DNA of 64,000 nt from Octopus vulgaris (Eukaryota), in NCBI GenBank assembly GCA_951406725.2, contig OX597821.1:77252001-77316000 (forward strand), written 5' to 3'. Positions 1-12,909 of this stretch are shown here, piece by piece. The notes beneath the pieces are model-generated. The model made no database searches. It was not told the origin of the DNA and was given only the letters and a program-made list of their open reading frames with translations. A program made the position numbers and the translations under genes. Every line of letters begins with the position of its first letter. Position 1 is the stretch's first letter.

Positions 1-59
1 ACAAGCCGAAACTAGGCAAGAGCCGATTGGAGAAGGATCGGCGAATATTCACGAAAGGC

Positions 60-290
60 CTCCGTGTAGCAATCCAAGAAATTGCTCACAAAATGGGAAT
101 AAGCACAAGATCAATGCATTGCATTTTAACGAAGGATTTGTGCATGCGGAGAGTATCGGCGAAATTGATCCGCAAGGTCCTGGCGGAGCAGCAGAAGTAA
201 TTCCGCATAGAAATTGCTATGGACATGCTGGACTGTGCAAACCACGTCCCAGACTTGACGAAAACCATTACCTCTGGCGTGAAAACGAAA
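60..290 (+). mobile_element. Decayed mariner (Tc1/mariner) transposase fragment
   Basis: The frame from 60 reads LRVAIQEIAHKMGISTRSMHCILTKDLCMRRVSAKLIRKVLAEQQK*FRIEIAMDMLDCANHVPDLTKTITSGVKT. This matches the mariner HTH, the linker (normally WVP/FVPxxL) and the approach to I(I/V)TGDE. It has an in-frame stop and a decayed DE motif. Confidence 0.85.
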
Positions 291-359
291 ATCCGACGAG
301 CGTGAATTACTCGTCTGTACTCTGGACCTAACAACCGGAAACTCCAGCAACCTACCGGC

Positions 360-530
360 GTTGAATAGAGTCGATTACATCAGTTTCCAGTGCCCAACTG
401 GTACTTATTTTATCGACCCCCCGAAAGGGTGAAAGGGGAAGTCCATCTCGGTGGAATCTGAACTCAGAATGGAAGAAATACAAACGAAATGCCGCTAAGC
501 ATTTTGTCCGACGTGCTAACGATTCTGCAG
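360..530 (-). mobile_element. Degenerate SINE family B (Meta-like domain) copy
   Basis: Reverse complement of gttagcacg...ttctgagttca...ctttcgggg.tcgataaaataagtaccag, as in the copies at 11567 and 52495. Confidence 0.7.
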
Positions 531-954
531 AAATTTAAAACAACAACAGCAGCAACAACAACGAGAATAATAATAATAATAACATTAAAGTAATTGTTCC
601 AATTACATACATAATCTCTGTGTTGCAGACCATCTCTTAAATGTTCCAGCTAAAGTAGGGGAATAATAAAAACACCGCTCCATGGAAATGGAAATGGAAA
701 TAGAGAGTTGCAAATACAGGGTATCATGGAAGGTGCCTTCTACCTTTTACTTGTTACAGTAATCAAATGGCGGCCAAATTGGGTCATCGGCTTGAAGCGT
801 TTTCGTCCAACAGATTCATCCAGTACTTATTTCGTATACCTGGTACTAAATCTGTTGGTCATTTTTGTTGAACAGGTAAGACACACTGACGAAAACAAAT
901 CAACACCGGTTGTCAACTGGTGGAAGACAAACACAGGCATAAAGAGACACATAT

Positions 955-1006
<52 letters not shown>

Positions 1007-1119
1007 CCACTGCCCCATACTGAAATCAGATGAACCAGTTAGTTCTACTTTTTAAACTCAAATATAATTCTAATCGAAGAATAACTTCCTAGCGTGGACA
1101 ATGATATCCATATTATTGT

Positions 1120-1450
1120 AATTACATCCGCCTTCGCTTAGGCGGAGGTATTGTTTTCAGTCGTGTTTGTTTGTCTGTGAACAAAATGTCTCAAGAACCG
1201 CTGGAGGGATTCGAAATGAAACTTTCAGGGATGTTTGGCCTCGTGACTGGCATAAACTGTGGGATCGATCCGGTACCGGACAAGGATTCTGGATTATTTT
1301 TCCGTTTTTTTTTTTACTTAATTTCTGAGAGCGATCGGGTTCATTTCTAGTATTCGCGTTTGTGAGAGCAGTCGAGTTTATTTCAGATATTCTCATTTTA
1401 AAAACCATCTCTGGCTAATCGTTAAGAGGACGTTGGTGTTGCCTTGGCAG
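1120..1450 (+). mobile_element. Non-autonomous Helentron/DINE-1-like (HINE-type) element
   Basis: Short hairpin ccgccttcgcttaggcgg, then ggtattgttttc, a gtttgtctgt micro-repeat, gggattcgaaatgaaacttt, and a gccttggc 3' motif. This layout is typical of HINEs. Confidence 0.5.
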
Positions 1451-1469
1451 AAAATGAGACATTTGCACG

Positions 1470-1720
1470 TGACTCAATATCCTGGAACATCATGTTCATA
1501 GCCAACCATATAACAACGGTACAAGAAAGTGTAGTCTATGTTTAACTGATACAATTCATATCGTAAAACTTCCCACGAAAATATGAGCAGGAGGCCATCA
1601 CTTGAGACCATTCCTTTCGGACAACTTCTCTTTGACCGAAGTACCAATGGAACTTACACATAGATATCGGTCCACAAATCATAAACGTTACAGGTTATCT
1701 ACCTTTGACACTCGATTGCC
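1470..1720 (+). mobile_element. Penelope-like element relic (GIY-YIG endonuclease C-terminal region)
   Basis: With one frameshift it reads SISWNIMFIA/QPYNNGTRKCSLCLTDTIHIVK, matching the PLE motif WxI....PY......CxLCxxEK..I. Confidence 0.65.
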
Positions 1721-2418
1721 AAATCTTTCTTTTCTCTATACCATAGTAGCTGAAACCAACAATAGCAACATTACCTAAAAGACAACAATGCAACCCACAA
1801 TCTCAGTGTTCTAAACCAATTAGAATTGGCTAAACCTACGACCCAGTGATGTATCATTTTCAGTCTATTAAAAGAAGTCATGTAAATTTACACACGAATT
1901 ATTTCTATTCTTTAGCCGTTTCTAATTTGTGTCGCTAACGAATCTAATATGCAAGTGAGTAAAATCGATGCCCCTTACCCGAAGCATTTGTATAAGAAGC
2001 TTTAGGCTGCTTTCTTTCTTTATAAAACGAACGAAATAGACACTCGTGATAAGCCGACGATAAACAGACGAAAGTAGTCGAGGTTTTACTTCAGTCCATT
2101 CTGCAGAGAGGCAGGCTTTTTGCTTAACAGCAAGGTCTGTCCAAACAGCGTGGCTAAACGCATGCGTATTAAACGTACGTACGTTGACGTATTTACAATT
2201 TATCCTAGCACACGCTGTCTCAATACGTTAGCTCTCTCTCTCTCACACACATATGTATATATTTATAAGTATTTGTAAGCATATATATACATATATATAT
2301 ATATTTGTACATATATATATTCATACATACATATGTACATACATATGTACATCCATATGTACACACATATGTATACATACATAAATACATACCTTACATA
2401 TATACATAAATACATACC

Positions 2419-2449
<31 letters not shown>

Positions 2450-2879
2450 CATACATACATACATACATACATACATGCATGCATACATACATACGTACGT
2501 ATGGATGTATGTATATGTATAAACCTAATAATATTTAGGTTAAACTACAGAGGGCGAAGATTATATATCTCCACTTACATAAATATACGTGCTGTGTGAG
2601 TGTTTCATTACACACACACACACACACACACGGATGCACGTACACAGACACGTTTCTATTAGTATGCATGATTAACAAGAGCGTTCTAGGACCGACGCTC
2701 AATCACAGCAGGGACGCTCTCTGAACCTCGTTCCATTAACTCCGTTAAACACCAGAATTCGGTTTATATCTCCCGCATTCTTAATTTATGTATATATATT
2801 GTTGTTGTTGTTCTTGTTGCTGCTGCTGCTGTTGTTTAACCCTACCGAGCACACCTGTGAGCAAAAGGCTGTGTCATTT

Positions 2880-3020
2880 ATGAGCTCGCTTTGCAACCAC
2901 GTGATATGCAGTTCGGTTCCACTGTGCGGCACTTTGGATAAATGATTTCTACCTTGGTCCCGGGCCGACCAATGCCTTGTGAGTGAATTTGGTAGATGGA
3001 AATTATGTGAAAGCCTGTCG

Positions 3021-3088
<68 letters not shown>

Positions 3089-3335
3089 GTGAGTGTGTAT
3101 ACATGTATGTGTGTGTATACATGTGTATGTGTGTGTGAGTATTTCTTTCCACTGCTGGACAACCGGTGCTGGTTTGTTTACATCCCTGTAACTTAGAAGA
3201 AGTTCGGTGAAAGAAACTAGTAGGATAAGAACTAAACTTTAAACTAAGTCCTGGGGTTGATTTGTTCGACAAAGATCTGTCAAGGTGGTGCTCCAGCATG
3301 GCCTCTGTCCAATGACTAAAACAAGTAGATAAAGA
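2880..3335 (+). mobile_element. SINE family A, degenerate copy with internal (GT)n
   Basis: Contains ggttccactgtgcggcact, gggccgaccaatgccttgtgagtgaatttggtaga and the tail ggtgctccagcatggcc...tgactaaaacaagta. Confidence 0.8.
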
Positions 3336-3994
3336 AGACATTACGTTTATGTAGGATTTTCATTATCTACGGTGCCATTCCATTTATGAAATGGTTTTTA
3401 GGATCGGATTTATGGACGGTTTTACTGCTATTTTTACCGAGTCAAACCATCATGCACATGTTCCTTCTTAGCTTACTCACAAAAAATTGTTGATGCTGAT
3501 GTTATCGTCGTTATAGCCCCAGGTCAGCCGTTATTGAATAAAACTGTGAGGCAAGATTTTTCCAGCAATGTCTATTCCCGGATCATAAAGGCGAATGTGA
3601 CATTGCATTGTTTTATACATATACTACTGTAAGATGTGATTAGAAGGTTACCTAGCTACCTTTTCTGGTAGATTGAGCTAATGCTTCGAGGCACCATCGT
3701 TAACTCACTAACATATTCTTTCTGTTACTAAAAATCTTACAAATTCTTTTGCTAATGGTGAAACAGGTTTCACCCACACCGAATCTTTACTGTTCCCTGA
3801 TGCAACGCTTCTTAAATGGTGCCTCGCAAGATGTGCCGCATGTACCACAGATATTTAAGATTATAATTTAAGGTTTTAGAAAAATACAAACTAATGCTTA
3901 GGCATCTTGAAAACCGTGTTATTTGAAAGTTTCTTACGCACTGGTATACTTAATAAGCCGAGGTAAGCAACAGCTAGCAAGTCTTTTTAATTTT

Positions 3995-4404
3995 TTTACT
4001 TATTTCAGTCATTTGACTGCGGCCATGCCGAGCACCGCCTTTTAGCCGTACAAAATTGACCCCGGGACTTATTCACTGTAAGCCTAGTACTTATTCTATC
4101 GGTCTCTTTTACCGAACCGCAAGTTACGGGACGTAAACACACCAACATCTGCTGTCAAGCGATGTTGACACACAAACATACACACACACAGATATATATA
4201 CAAATACATACACGCACATACGTGTATATATATGTATATATACGACGGGTTTCTTTCAGTTTCCGTCTACCAAATCCTGTCACAAGGATGTGGTCGGCTC
4301 GAGACTATAGTAGAAGATACTTGCGCAAGGTGTCACTCAGTGGTACTCAACCCAGAATCATGTGGTTGGGAAGCGAGCTTCTTACCAGACAGCCACTCCT
4401 GTGC
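3995..4404 (-). mobile_element. SINE family A copy
   Basis: Reverse complement of the 36913 and 50110 copies; head, internal microsatellite and tail are all present. Confidence 0.85.
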
Positions 4405-4671
4405 TTCATAAATTTTTAATTTGAAGTTATTTTTTAACTTTCTATAAGCAATGCAAAAATAATGTTTTTCAGTTTTCCATGCAAAGTACCCGAGTAAGGT
4501 TTTATTCAATCCTTTCGTTGCCTTATTCCAGCTGAAACACCTTGCATTGGTTTCAATTGCGTCATTAGTGTTTTTGACTTTCAATCTGACTGTTTTAAAA
4601 TCATCTTTATAACAAATTTACATCCAAATTTTACGATGTTATGTTCCTCACACAAAATTAATAAAAATGAA

Positions 4672-4900
4672 GATATAATCGACTTAATTCGTTTGTCTGT
4701 CCTTGTTTGTGCTCTCTGTGTTTAGCTTCTTGTGGGTAGTAAAGAAATAGGTATTTCGTCTGTCTTTACGTTCTCAGTTCAAATTCCGCCGAGATCGACT
4801 TTGCCAGTCATTTTATCGGGGTTGCGTACTGGGGTCGATCTAATCCACTGCCCCTCCCCTCCATAATTTCGTGTCTTGTGCCAAGAGGAGAAAGTAATAT
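4672..4900 (+). mobile_element. SINE family B, truncated dimeric form
   Basis: Same tail1-body-tail2 order as 52495-52891 (gtagtaaagaaataggtatttcgtctgtctttac junction). Confidence 0.75.
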
Positions 4901-5329
4901 TCCAAAGTAGTGCAAAGACTAACGCATCACCCGGTCCAAGAATCACACATCTGAATATGTATGTGCATATGTGTGTATGCATATATATATGCGTGTGTGT
5001 ATGCACGTTCGTATGTATATATGTATTATATATATTATATGATATTATCTGCTGAATAAAAAGCAATCAGTGTTTTCTTTTCATTAAAAAATAATTATTT
5101 CAATAAAATTTTTGGTTTTGTTAAACGAAGTTAAAGCAAAAAAAACTTCTTGAGAAACCAAATAGTATTTCCTTCCTTAACGCCAACTTTGAAGAAAATA
5201 TCTCTTTTGTATCTTACTTTTTTGGTCTCTTTTTTTGCGCAAACTGCACGTGCATTTTTATCGCGTACGCGTAGTATCGATCGCAACAGCTGATGTACTT
5301 GCGCGTACAAATGCACGTTCCCATGGCCT

Positions 5330-5502
5330 TATCGATCGCATTCTCATCTGGAATCGATTTTTGTAATTTTTTCAAGACTTATACACGCCCTGATACTGTC
5401 GGTATCTACATATCAAATTTGAGCGCAATCGGATGGAAGATGCCCTAGATCCTAGAAGACACACACAGACCGACAGAACAGAACGGATTTTATATAATAG
5501 AT
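5330..5502 (-). mobile_element. Possible Helitron-type non-autonomous 5' end
   Basis: Minus strand starts TCTATTATATAAAATCCGTTCTGTTCTGTC... and includes ccgattgcgctcaaatttgatat, resembling invertebrate Helitron 5' termini. Confidence 0.4.
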
Positions 5503-5645
5503 ATGATATATTACTATAAGATATATGCAAATATATTTTCGATCTTTGGTATACATATGTATATCACTTCTTTACCAAATTACATATGCAAAGAGGAAAA
5601 ATAGATAGAAACGATAGTATAATACACATACACACATATACACAC

Positions 5646-5681
<36 letters not shown>

Positions 5682-5722
5682 CAGAGAGACAGAGAGAGAC
5701 AGAGAGAGACAGAGAGAGACAG

Positions 5723-5931
5723 ATCCTGAGGGACCTACAGGAAGTGGATGTAGGTGTTTTCAAATTAAAACTGGATCTCTCAAATGAACCTATCTAGCGG
5801 CAAGAGGTGCAAATGAGTGTAGTAGCATCAAACTCCCTCACTCACCTAATGCCACATATCAGAGGAGGCTCTCAATAACAACAGTGTAGCTAAATGATGG
5901 TGCCCCAGCATGACCGCAGCTCTGATCTGAT

Positions 5932-5932
<1 letters not shown>
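5723..5932 (+). mobile_element. CR1-like LINE 3' end (ORF2 C-terminus plus 3' UTR)
   Basis: Reads ILRDLQEVDVGVFKLKLDLSNEPI*RQEVQMSVVASNSLTHL (CR1-type FKxxLD...P...SNSL). It ends in ggtgccccagcatgaccgcagc. Confidence 0.7.
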
Positions 5933-5990
<58 letters not shown>

Positions 5991-6154
5991 ATATGTCTAC
6001 GTATGCGCATATATACAATTTTATATATATATATATAAGAGCGTTGTAGTTCGGTTGCAGCTTTGTAGTACAGAAGCAGAATGATAAATGAAATAACAAA
6101 TAAGAAAAACTACTAATAATGCAGAAAAAGCCCGATATTTTTGCGCCTGAAACA

Positions 6155-6193
<39 letters not shown>

Positions 6194-6424
6194 GCATTGT
6201 TAGAAGACTTCGTCGTTTCTCATTTCATACAGATACAGATACATACATACATACATGTATGTATATACATAAATATATATATACATATATATATATATAT
6301 ACCTATATATATATATATATATATATATACATACATATACATACATATATAAACTTAGATAAACTTAGATATGTTTCGACCAAAGATTGGTCCAGGCCAT
6401 GTCTAACTTAATAGCACCACCTGA

Positions 6425-6489
<65 letters not shown>

Positions 6490-6644
6490 CTATATACATA
6501 TACTTTACTGGGTAAAGCACGGTTACTTTCACCTCTGGATGCTCCAGAACCTGTTGTTGAGTGTCCCACCCAAAAGGAATCGATGCTAGATGTGTCGAAA
6601 TAATTGTCGTGTTTAATAAATTCTCGTATATTCCATCTTCTGTC

Positions 6645-6680
<36 letters not shown>

Positions 6681-6889
6681 CAATAACAAAATGGAGGGGA
6701 TCAATAGGTGGTTCGTTAACTTTTAGACATTATATTATATTAACTTATTTATTTATTTACTAAACTGATAATTACAATAATATACATACATATAACATAT
6801 TATGCTTTACATACAAGATATAAAATATATTGATATATAAGGATACCAGTAATTATTACAAAATAACATACATGAATATAAATTGAGAA

Positions 6890-6958
<69 letters not shown>

Positions 6959-6966
<8 letters not shown>

Positions 6967-7152
6967 ATGTTACATTACTCGGTAGTCAAGATAAAACTCT
7001 GAGTTTCAGATGCCGAAGTGGAAATCCACAACACCATCTCTTCGGTTATCTGGCTAGCCAGATAACCGAAGAGATGGTGTTGTGGATTTCCACTTCGGCA
7101 TCTGAAACTCAGAGTTTTATCTTGACTACCGAGTAATGTAACATATTGTATA
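6959..7152. repeat. Perfect palindrome (~97-bp arms, no spacer) in a (TA)n-flanked element
   Basis: Centre tggct|agcca at 7055/7056; the arms are exact reverse complements (tacaatatgttacattac... / ...gtaatgtaacatattgta). Confidence 0.95.
7060..7122 (+). ncRNA. Type I hammerhead ribozyme-like motif (U4C core); mirror copy at 6989-7051 on minus
   Basis: AGAUAA-CCGAAGA-[GAUG..GUGGA UU UCCAC..CAUC U]-GAAA-CUC A GAG-UU-UUAUCU. Stem I has 6 bp and the cleavage triplet is GUU. Confidence 0.6.
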
Positions 7153-7218
7153 GATAAATTTCCTCTATTTACATAATATTGAGGTCTCTTTCTTTCTTTT
7201 GTTATCTTACCGTTTTAT

Positions 7219-7271
<53 letters not shown>

Positions 7272-7274
<3 letters not shown>

Positions 7275-7490
7275 CGGAGATGTACTTGCATAGCGAGTGA
7301 CTTGATCTGAGATCGTGTGCTGGAACGAAAACAATTGCAGCGTGGAAGGTGTTTATAAGCCATTAAAGAAACACACAAAAGCCGTTAGATTCACTTCAAC
7401 ATTTAAATTTAATTTGTCAAAATATTTTCGTCGCTTTCAGACCGCGACCTGTTCACTGACAAAATTCCGAGCTGCATCTCTTCCGTGCTG
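7272..7490. mobile_element. Short (TA)n-inserted dispersed element; second copy at 37418-37697
   Basis: ttacggagatgtacttgcatagc...gatctgagatcgtg..ggaacgaaaa is shared by both loci, and both are flanked by (TA)n. Confidence 0.8.
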
Positions 7491-7734
7491 TGTGTATATA
7501 TATATATATTGTTATACAATAACAGACGAAGTCTGTTTAAACGGTAATGTCTGTATATTACTGATTATTTATATAATTAATTAACTATATTATTAATTCA
7601 TAAAAAGGTGGTTTTTATTATCACACTAATAATAACCACAAAAGAGGTGAATGTCTTGATTCCGGGGATAAGTATTCACTTTTAACTAACATTAAAAGAC
7701 TTGGTATTAAAATTCTGGGTTTCACTCCCCCCCT

Positions 7735-7790
<56 letters not shown>

Positions 7791-7971
7791 AAACAGCCAA
7801 AGTCTGTGGCTATTTTAAAATTATTTACACATTTTGATCAGTGCAAATAATATATTTTTTTCTGAGGAAAGTGGAAAATTTTCCTTAGATAATAAATGTT
7901 TGGTTAATATTATAAAACCGAAATTTTAAATACTACTCCTTCTAAAACTACAATAACCACTATTACTACAA

Positions 7972-8037
7972 TTGATGATAATGATAATAATAATGATGAT
8001 GATTATGATAATAATAATAATAATAATAAAAATAATA

Positions 8038-8102
<65 letters not shown>

Positions 8103-8187
8103 AATGATAATAATAATAATAATAATAATAAAAATAATAATAATGATGATGATTATGATAATAATAATTATAATAATAAAAATAATA

Positions 8188-8237
<50 letters not shown>

Positions 8238-8241
8238 AATG

Positions 8242-8287
<46 letters not shown>

Positions 8288-8297
8288 TAATAATAAA
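7972..8297. repeat. Compound (ATA)n/(ATG)n microsatellite with an internal ~150-bp duplication
   Basis: taatgatgatgattatgata occurs at 7991 and 8141; both are followed by aaaataataatg and an (ATG)n run. Confidence 0.9.
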
Positions 8298-8738
8298 TGT
8301 ATGGAGAACATCGATTGTTGAGATTGCTTATCAAGTTGTTGCTATCGTAATTGTAGTTTAGCCCTTGGTCTAGCAAACAGGCAGATCTATAGCAATGGTT
8401 TTCCAGCCATGGCCATCCTGTAATATCTGAAGTATATTTCGTTCTCCCAAAGCACTTTTTGTACGATTTGAGTACAATTTAGCTGCTATTACCAACAGGT
8501 CAGGTGAGCACAGCGGGTTTCTTTCTATTATTATTGTTGTTGTTGCTATGAATTCGTGTATATGTATCTCAAAAACTACATTATTTAATGTGTTGCTTCA
8601 GCTAAAAAAATATTTAAAAAATTTTTTTAAAACAGTAGGTTGTGATTTGAGGAAAAGTTGGCTACAATATCTAGCAAATCCAGTTGCCACATAGAGGCAT
8701 CATCATCGTTGCCGTATGTCTGTAATCCTCAAGTTATA

Positions 8739-8952
8739 ATCTTTTCTACTCTAGGCACAAGGCTCGAAATTTTGGGGGAGGGGGCCAGTCGATTAGATCG
8801 ACCCCAGTACGCAACTGGTAATTAATTTACCGACCCAGAAAGGATGAAAGGTAAAGTCGGCCTCGGCGGAATTTGAACTCAGAACGTAAAGACAAACGAA
8901 ATACTGATAAGCATTTCGCCCGGCGTGCTAACGATTCTGCCAGCTCGCCGCC
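8739..8952 (-). mobile_element. SINE family B copy
   Basis: Head ggcggcgagctggcagaatcgttagcacgccgggcgaaat, Meta-like core cctttcatcctt.tgggtcggtaaattaa.taccag, tail gccttgtgcctagagtagaaaag. Confidence 0.85.
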
Positions 8953-9221
8953 ATCCTCGGGTAATAATTATTGGAATCGTATCAATACCTAAAAATGATT
9001 TGGGTTTGACGAAGATGGCTCGATACTCACGTTTAGGCAGACTGGCAGAATGTATGTAGGAGTGTATGTGTGTAATAGCATATGTGTAAGTGCGCGTGTG
9101 TGTAAGTGTATGATGGGTGTGAGAGCGTGTATGTATGTGTACGTATGTGTCTTTCAATGTGTGTATTTGTATAAATCAACGCACAGAAAAAAAATAATAT
9201 TAAAATATAACATTTGTTTAA

Positions 9222-9471
9222 ATATTGTTGTATTTAGGAATGGTCATTTTGCCAGTTTAGCCAATAAAAACGCACGCACTACATATTTGGTTTTACTTTG
9301 CTTCAGCGTTATTTATTTTTTACATTAATCTTAATCTTATTTCGGCCAGAAATATGATTAAGATTAATGTGAAAAAATAAATAACGCTGAAGCAAAGTAA
9401 CACCAAATATATAGTGAGTGTGTTTTTATTGGCTAAACTGGCAAAATGACCATTCCTAAATACAACAATAT
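9222..9471. repeat. Fold-back (inverted dimer) of a dispersed microsatellite-associated element
   Basis: Arms of ~120 bp (atattgttgtatttaggaatggtcattttgccagtttagccaat...) surround a ttcggccagaa loop. The same terminus occurs unpaired at ~19318 and ~22382. Confidence 0.9.
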
Positions 9472-9690
9472 CTGTTTCAACACATGATTTCGCATCAAAA
9501 ATCTTGCAAAACAAATATATAAACGTAAAAAAATTTGTTTAAATAATTATTGACAAAATATAGAGTATTTAAATATATTAACATATGTGTGTATATACAT
9601 ATGAGTATATTTCTGCATATTTATACATACACACACGTATGTATGTATGTATGTATGTATGTATGTATGTATGTATGTATGTATGTATGC

Positions 9691-9736
9691 AAAACTGTCC
9701 GACGAACGGGAACGTGAAACTCTGAGTAACAGTTTT
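9691..9736 (+). ncRNA. Type I hammerhead ribozyme-like motif (U4C core)
   Basis: AAAACUGU-CCGACGA-ACG GGAA CGU-GAAA-CUC U GAG-UA-ACAGUUUU. It has an 8-bp stem I, a GNRA-capped stem II and a GUA triplet, and directly abuts (TATG)n. Confidence 0.7.
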
Positions 9737-9755
9737 TGTGATATTTCTGCTGCTC

Positions 9756-10148
9756 TTTTATTCTTTTATTTGTTTCAGCAATTTGACAGCAGCCATACTG
9801 GAGTACCGACTTTAATCGAGCAAATCGCCCCCAGGACTTATTCTTTGTAAGCCTAGTACTTATTCTATCGGTCTCTTTTGCTGACCCGCTAAGTAAGGCG
9901 GACATAAACACACCAGCATCGGTTATCAATCGATATTGCGGGGGACGGGGGGGGGGCAAACACAGAACAAACACAGAACACACACACACACACAAACACA
10001 CATATATATACGACGGGCTTCTTTCAGTTTCCGTCTACCAAATCCACTCACAGGGCTATGGACGGCCCGAGACCATAGTAGACGACACCTATGCTGCATA
10101 GAGACATGTTGTTGGTAAGCAAGCTACTTACAATACAGCCACTCCTGC
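9756..10148 (-). mobile_element. SINE family A copy
   Basis: Reverse-complement match to the family A head, body and tail. Confidence 0.85.
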
Positions 10149-10939
10149 TACTATATATGTGTGGATATGTATATATATATATTTATCTGTGTGCGTGTTT
10201 ATGTATGTATGTATATATATTTATTTATATGAAATTCTATTTACTGTCAATTTACATATATATACACACACACACACATACATACATGCAAGCATGCATA
10301 TATACATACATACATTCATACATACATACATACATACAAAACATTAGTTTTACAGATGGTTAATATTGGTTTCAAATTTTGGCACAAGGCCAGTAATTCT
10401 GGAATCGATACCATCGATCCCTTTGTTCAACTGGTACTTATTTTATCGGCTTCAACAGGATGAAAGGCAAAGTCGGCTCTTGTGGTATTTGAACGCAGAA
10501 CGTAAAGACGGACGAAATAACGTAAACATTTTGGCCGGAGTGCTAACGATTCGACCAGCTCGCTGCCTATTACTGCTTGTTAAGATGGAGAATACCTCGC
10601 TCAACTGGTGCTTATTTTACCAGGGCCGATAAACTAAATACCAGTTCAGCACTGGGGGTTGATGCACTCGACTTACGCCATTCCTTCCAATTTACTGACC
10701 TTGTGCGAAAATTTGAAACCAATATTAATAACACGTGCACGCCCCCCCCCCCCTACACACACACGAGCAATCTCAAGTATGACCGGCCGAAATTGTAATG
10801 ATAATCTGGAACTCGACTGAGGAATGAAAACTCTGGATAACCCGTCCTATTTTTTTCCTGTCCCTTTTTGTGTATCATGTCTGGATGTTTTACGTTCTTG
10901 TCCCATTTTTATATTCCTTTATATATATATATATGTATG

Positions 10940-11003
<64 letters not shown>

Positions 11004-11009
11004 TGTATG

Positions 11010-11059
<50 letters not shown>

Positions 11060-11566
11060 CATACATTTATATATCTACACATACATATACATACATAAAC
11101 ATACATGCACACATGCATACATACATACATACATACATACATAATGCATACATACATACATATATACATAGATTTATATACGAAAACAACATAATGAATA
11201 AATATCCGATATAAGTGTGCCATTTCTATAATACTCCACAAACGCAAACCAATTTTTTCTTGCTGACAAACTCAGATTGACAATTTGGACAGGTGAAAAT
11301 GGGATTACCTGGTTTTCCTCATCATCCACAGAGCAAGTTCCTTATCCTGGTATATTTTCCTGTACAGAGAACTTATCATTATATATATCGTCGGGATCCA
11401 TAATTCCATTTCCGTTTGATATACATATATATATAAGAAGAAAGAGCACTCAGCCGGTTACGACGACGAGAGTCCCAGTTGATACGTTGAACGGAACAGC
11501 TTGCTCGTGAAAAAGTGGCTGAGCACTTCACAGACACGTGTAACTCTATATATACATACATACGAA

Positions 11567-11797
11567 GGCGGCGACCTGGCAGAAACGTTAGCACGCCGGG
11601 CGAAATGCGTTGCCGTATTTCGTCTGCCGTTACGTTCCGAGTTCAAATTCCGCCGAGGTCGACTTTGCCTTTCATCCTTCCGGGGTCGATAAATTAAGTA
11701 CCAGTTACGCACTGGGGTCGATGTAATCGACTTAATCCGTTTGTCTGTCCTTGTTTGTCTCCTCTGTGTTTAGCCCCTTGTGGGTAGTAAAGAAATA
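11567..11797 (+). mobile_element. SINE family B (tRNA-like head, Meta-like domain)
   Basis: A-box-like tggcagaaacgtt, B-box-like gagttcaaattcc, then gcctttcatccttccggggtcgataaattaagtaccag, resembling the MetaSINE central domain. Confidence 0.85.
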
Positions 11798-11976
11798 TAT
11801 ATATATACATACATACACACAAGCATGCATATCATTGTAAACTCGTATTCATATACGTATACACATACATTTGTAATGTGTGGGTACATGTGCATGTATG
11901 TATGTATGTATGCATTTACAAATGTGTGTGTGTCTGTATATAAATATACACACACATACACACACATGCACACACT

Positions 11977-12010
<34 letters not shown>

Positions 12011-12872
12011 CATGCATATACGACAGAAACATATATCCTATATATATATATATATATATATATGGCAGGCTTCTTTCAGTTTCCTTCTACCAAATCCCTT
12101 CACAAGGCTTTGGTCAGCCCGAGGCTACAGCAGAAGACACTTGCACAAGGTGCCCCGCAGTGGGACTGAACCCGAAAATATGTGATTGGGAAGAAAGTCT
12201 CTAACATACAGTCACTCCTGCGCCTATATATATGTCTACCTTTACTCTATTATATATCTATATACGTATACATATACAATAGAACAGATATATCTTTTAT
12301 CTGTTTCTCGTTTCAGTCATTAGACTACGGCCATGCTGGGACACTTCCTTGAAGAATATTTAGCCGATTGAATCGACGCCAGTACTTACTTCTTTTAAGC
12401 CTCGTATTAATTCTATGGTTAACTTTCGGTGAACCGCTGGATCAGGGGGGACTTAAACTCACCGCTACTGCCTGTCAAGCCGTGGAGGGGGACAATCACA
12501 GACACAAAGACACACACACATAGACACACAGACCTACATACACACACAGACACACACACATACACATACACACATACACACACACACATACACAAACCTC
12601 CCACTTCTCCCCAGACATAAATAGGCGACGCAGTGAGGGTGAATCCGGAAGTGTGTGGTTGGGAAGCAAGCGTCTTACTACACATTCGCACCTGTACCTA
12701 TATATAATCGTTTTTTATTTCGTATATTTTCATTTGTTTTGCTAATTTTTAAATTTTGGCGTTTTGCTGAGATTTTTCTTGAGAACACATTCTTCGTGGT
12801 AATGGCGATTTGACATCTATGTTTAGCATAGTAGGTGTCCACTTTAGTGGTCATTCCTCATAACTTTGTATG

Positions 12873-12904
<32 letters not shown>

Positions 12905-12909
<5 letters not shown>

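Noticed and set aside
7425-7465. Hammerhead-like fold in the 7272/37418 element
   Set aside because: Stems can be drawn, but the core reads CAGUGAA and there is no NUH triplet; too divergent to call.
7966-8376. Poly-His/Tyr and poly-Met/Ile ORFs
   Set aside because: Trinucleotide microsatellite.
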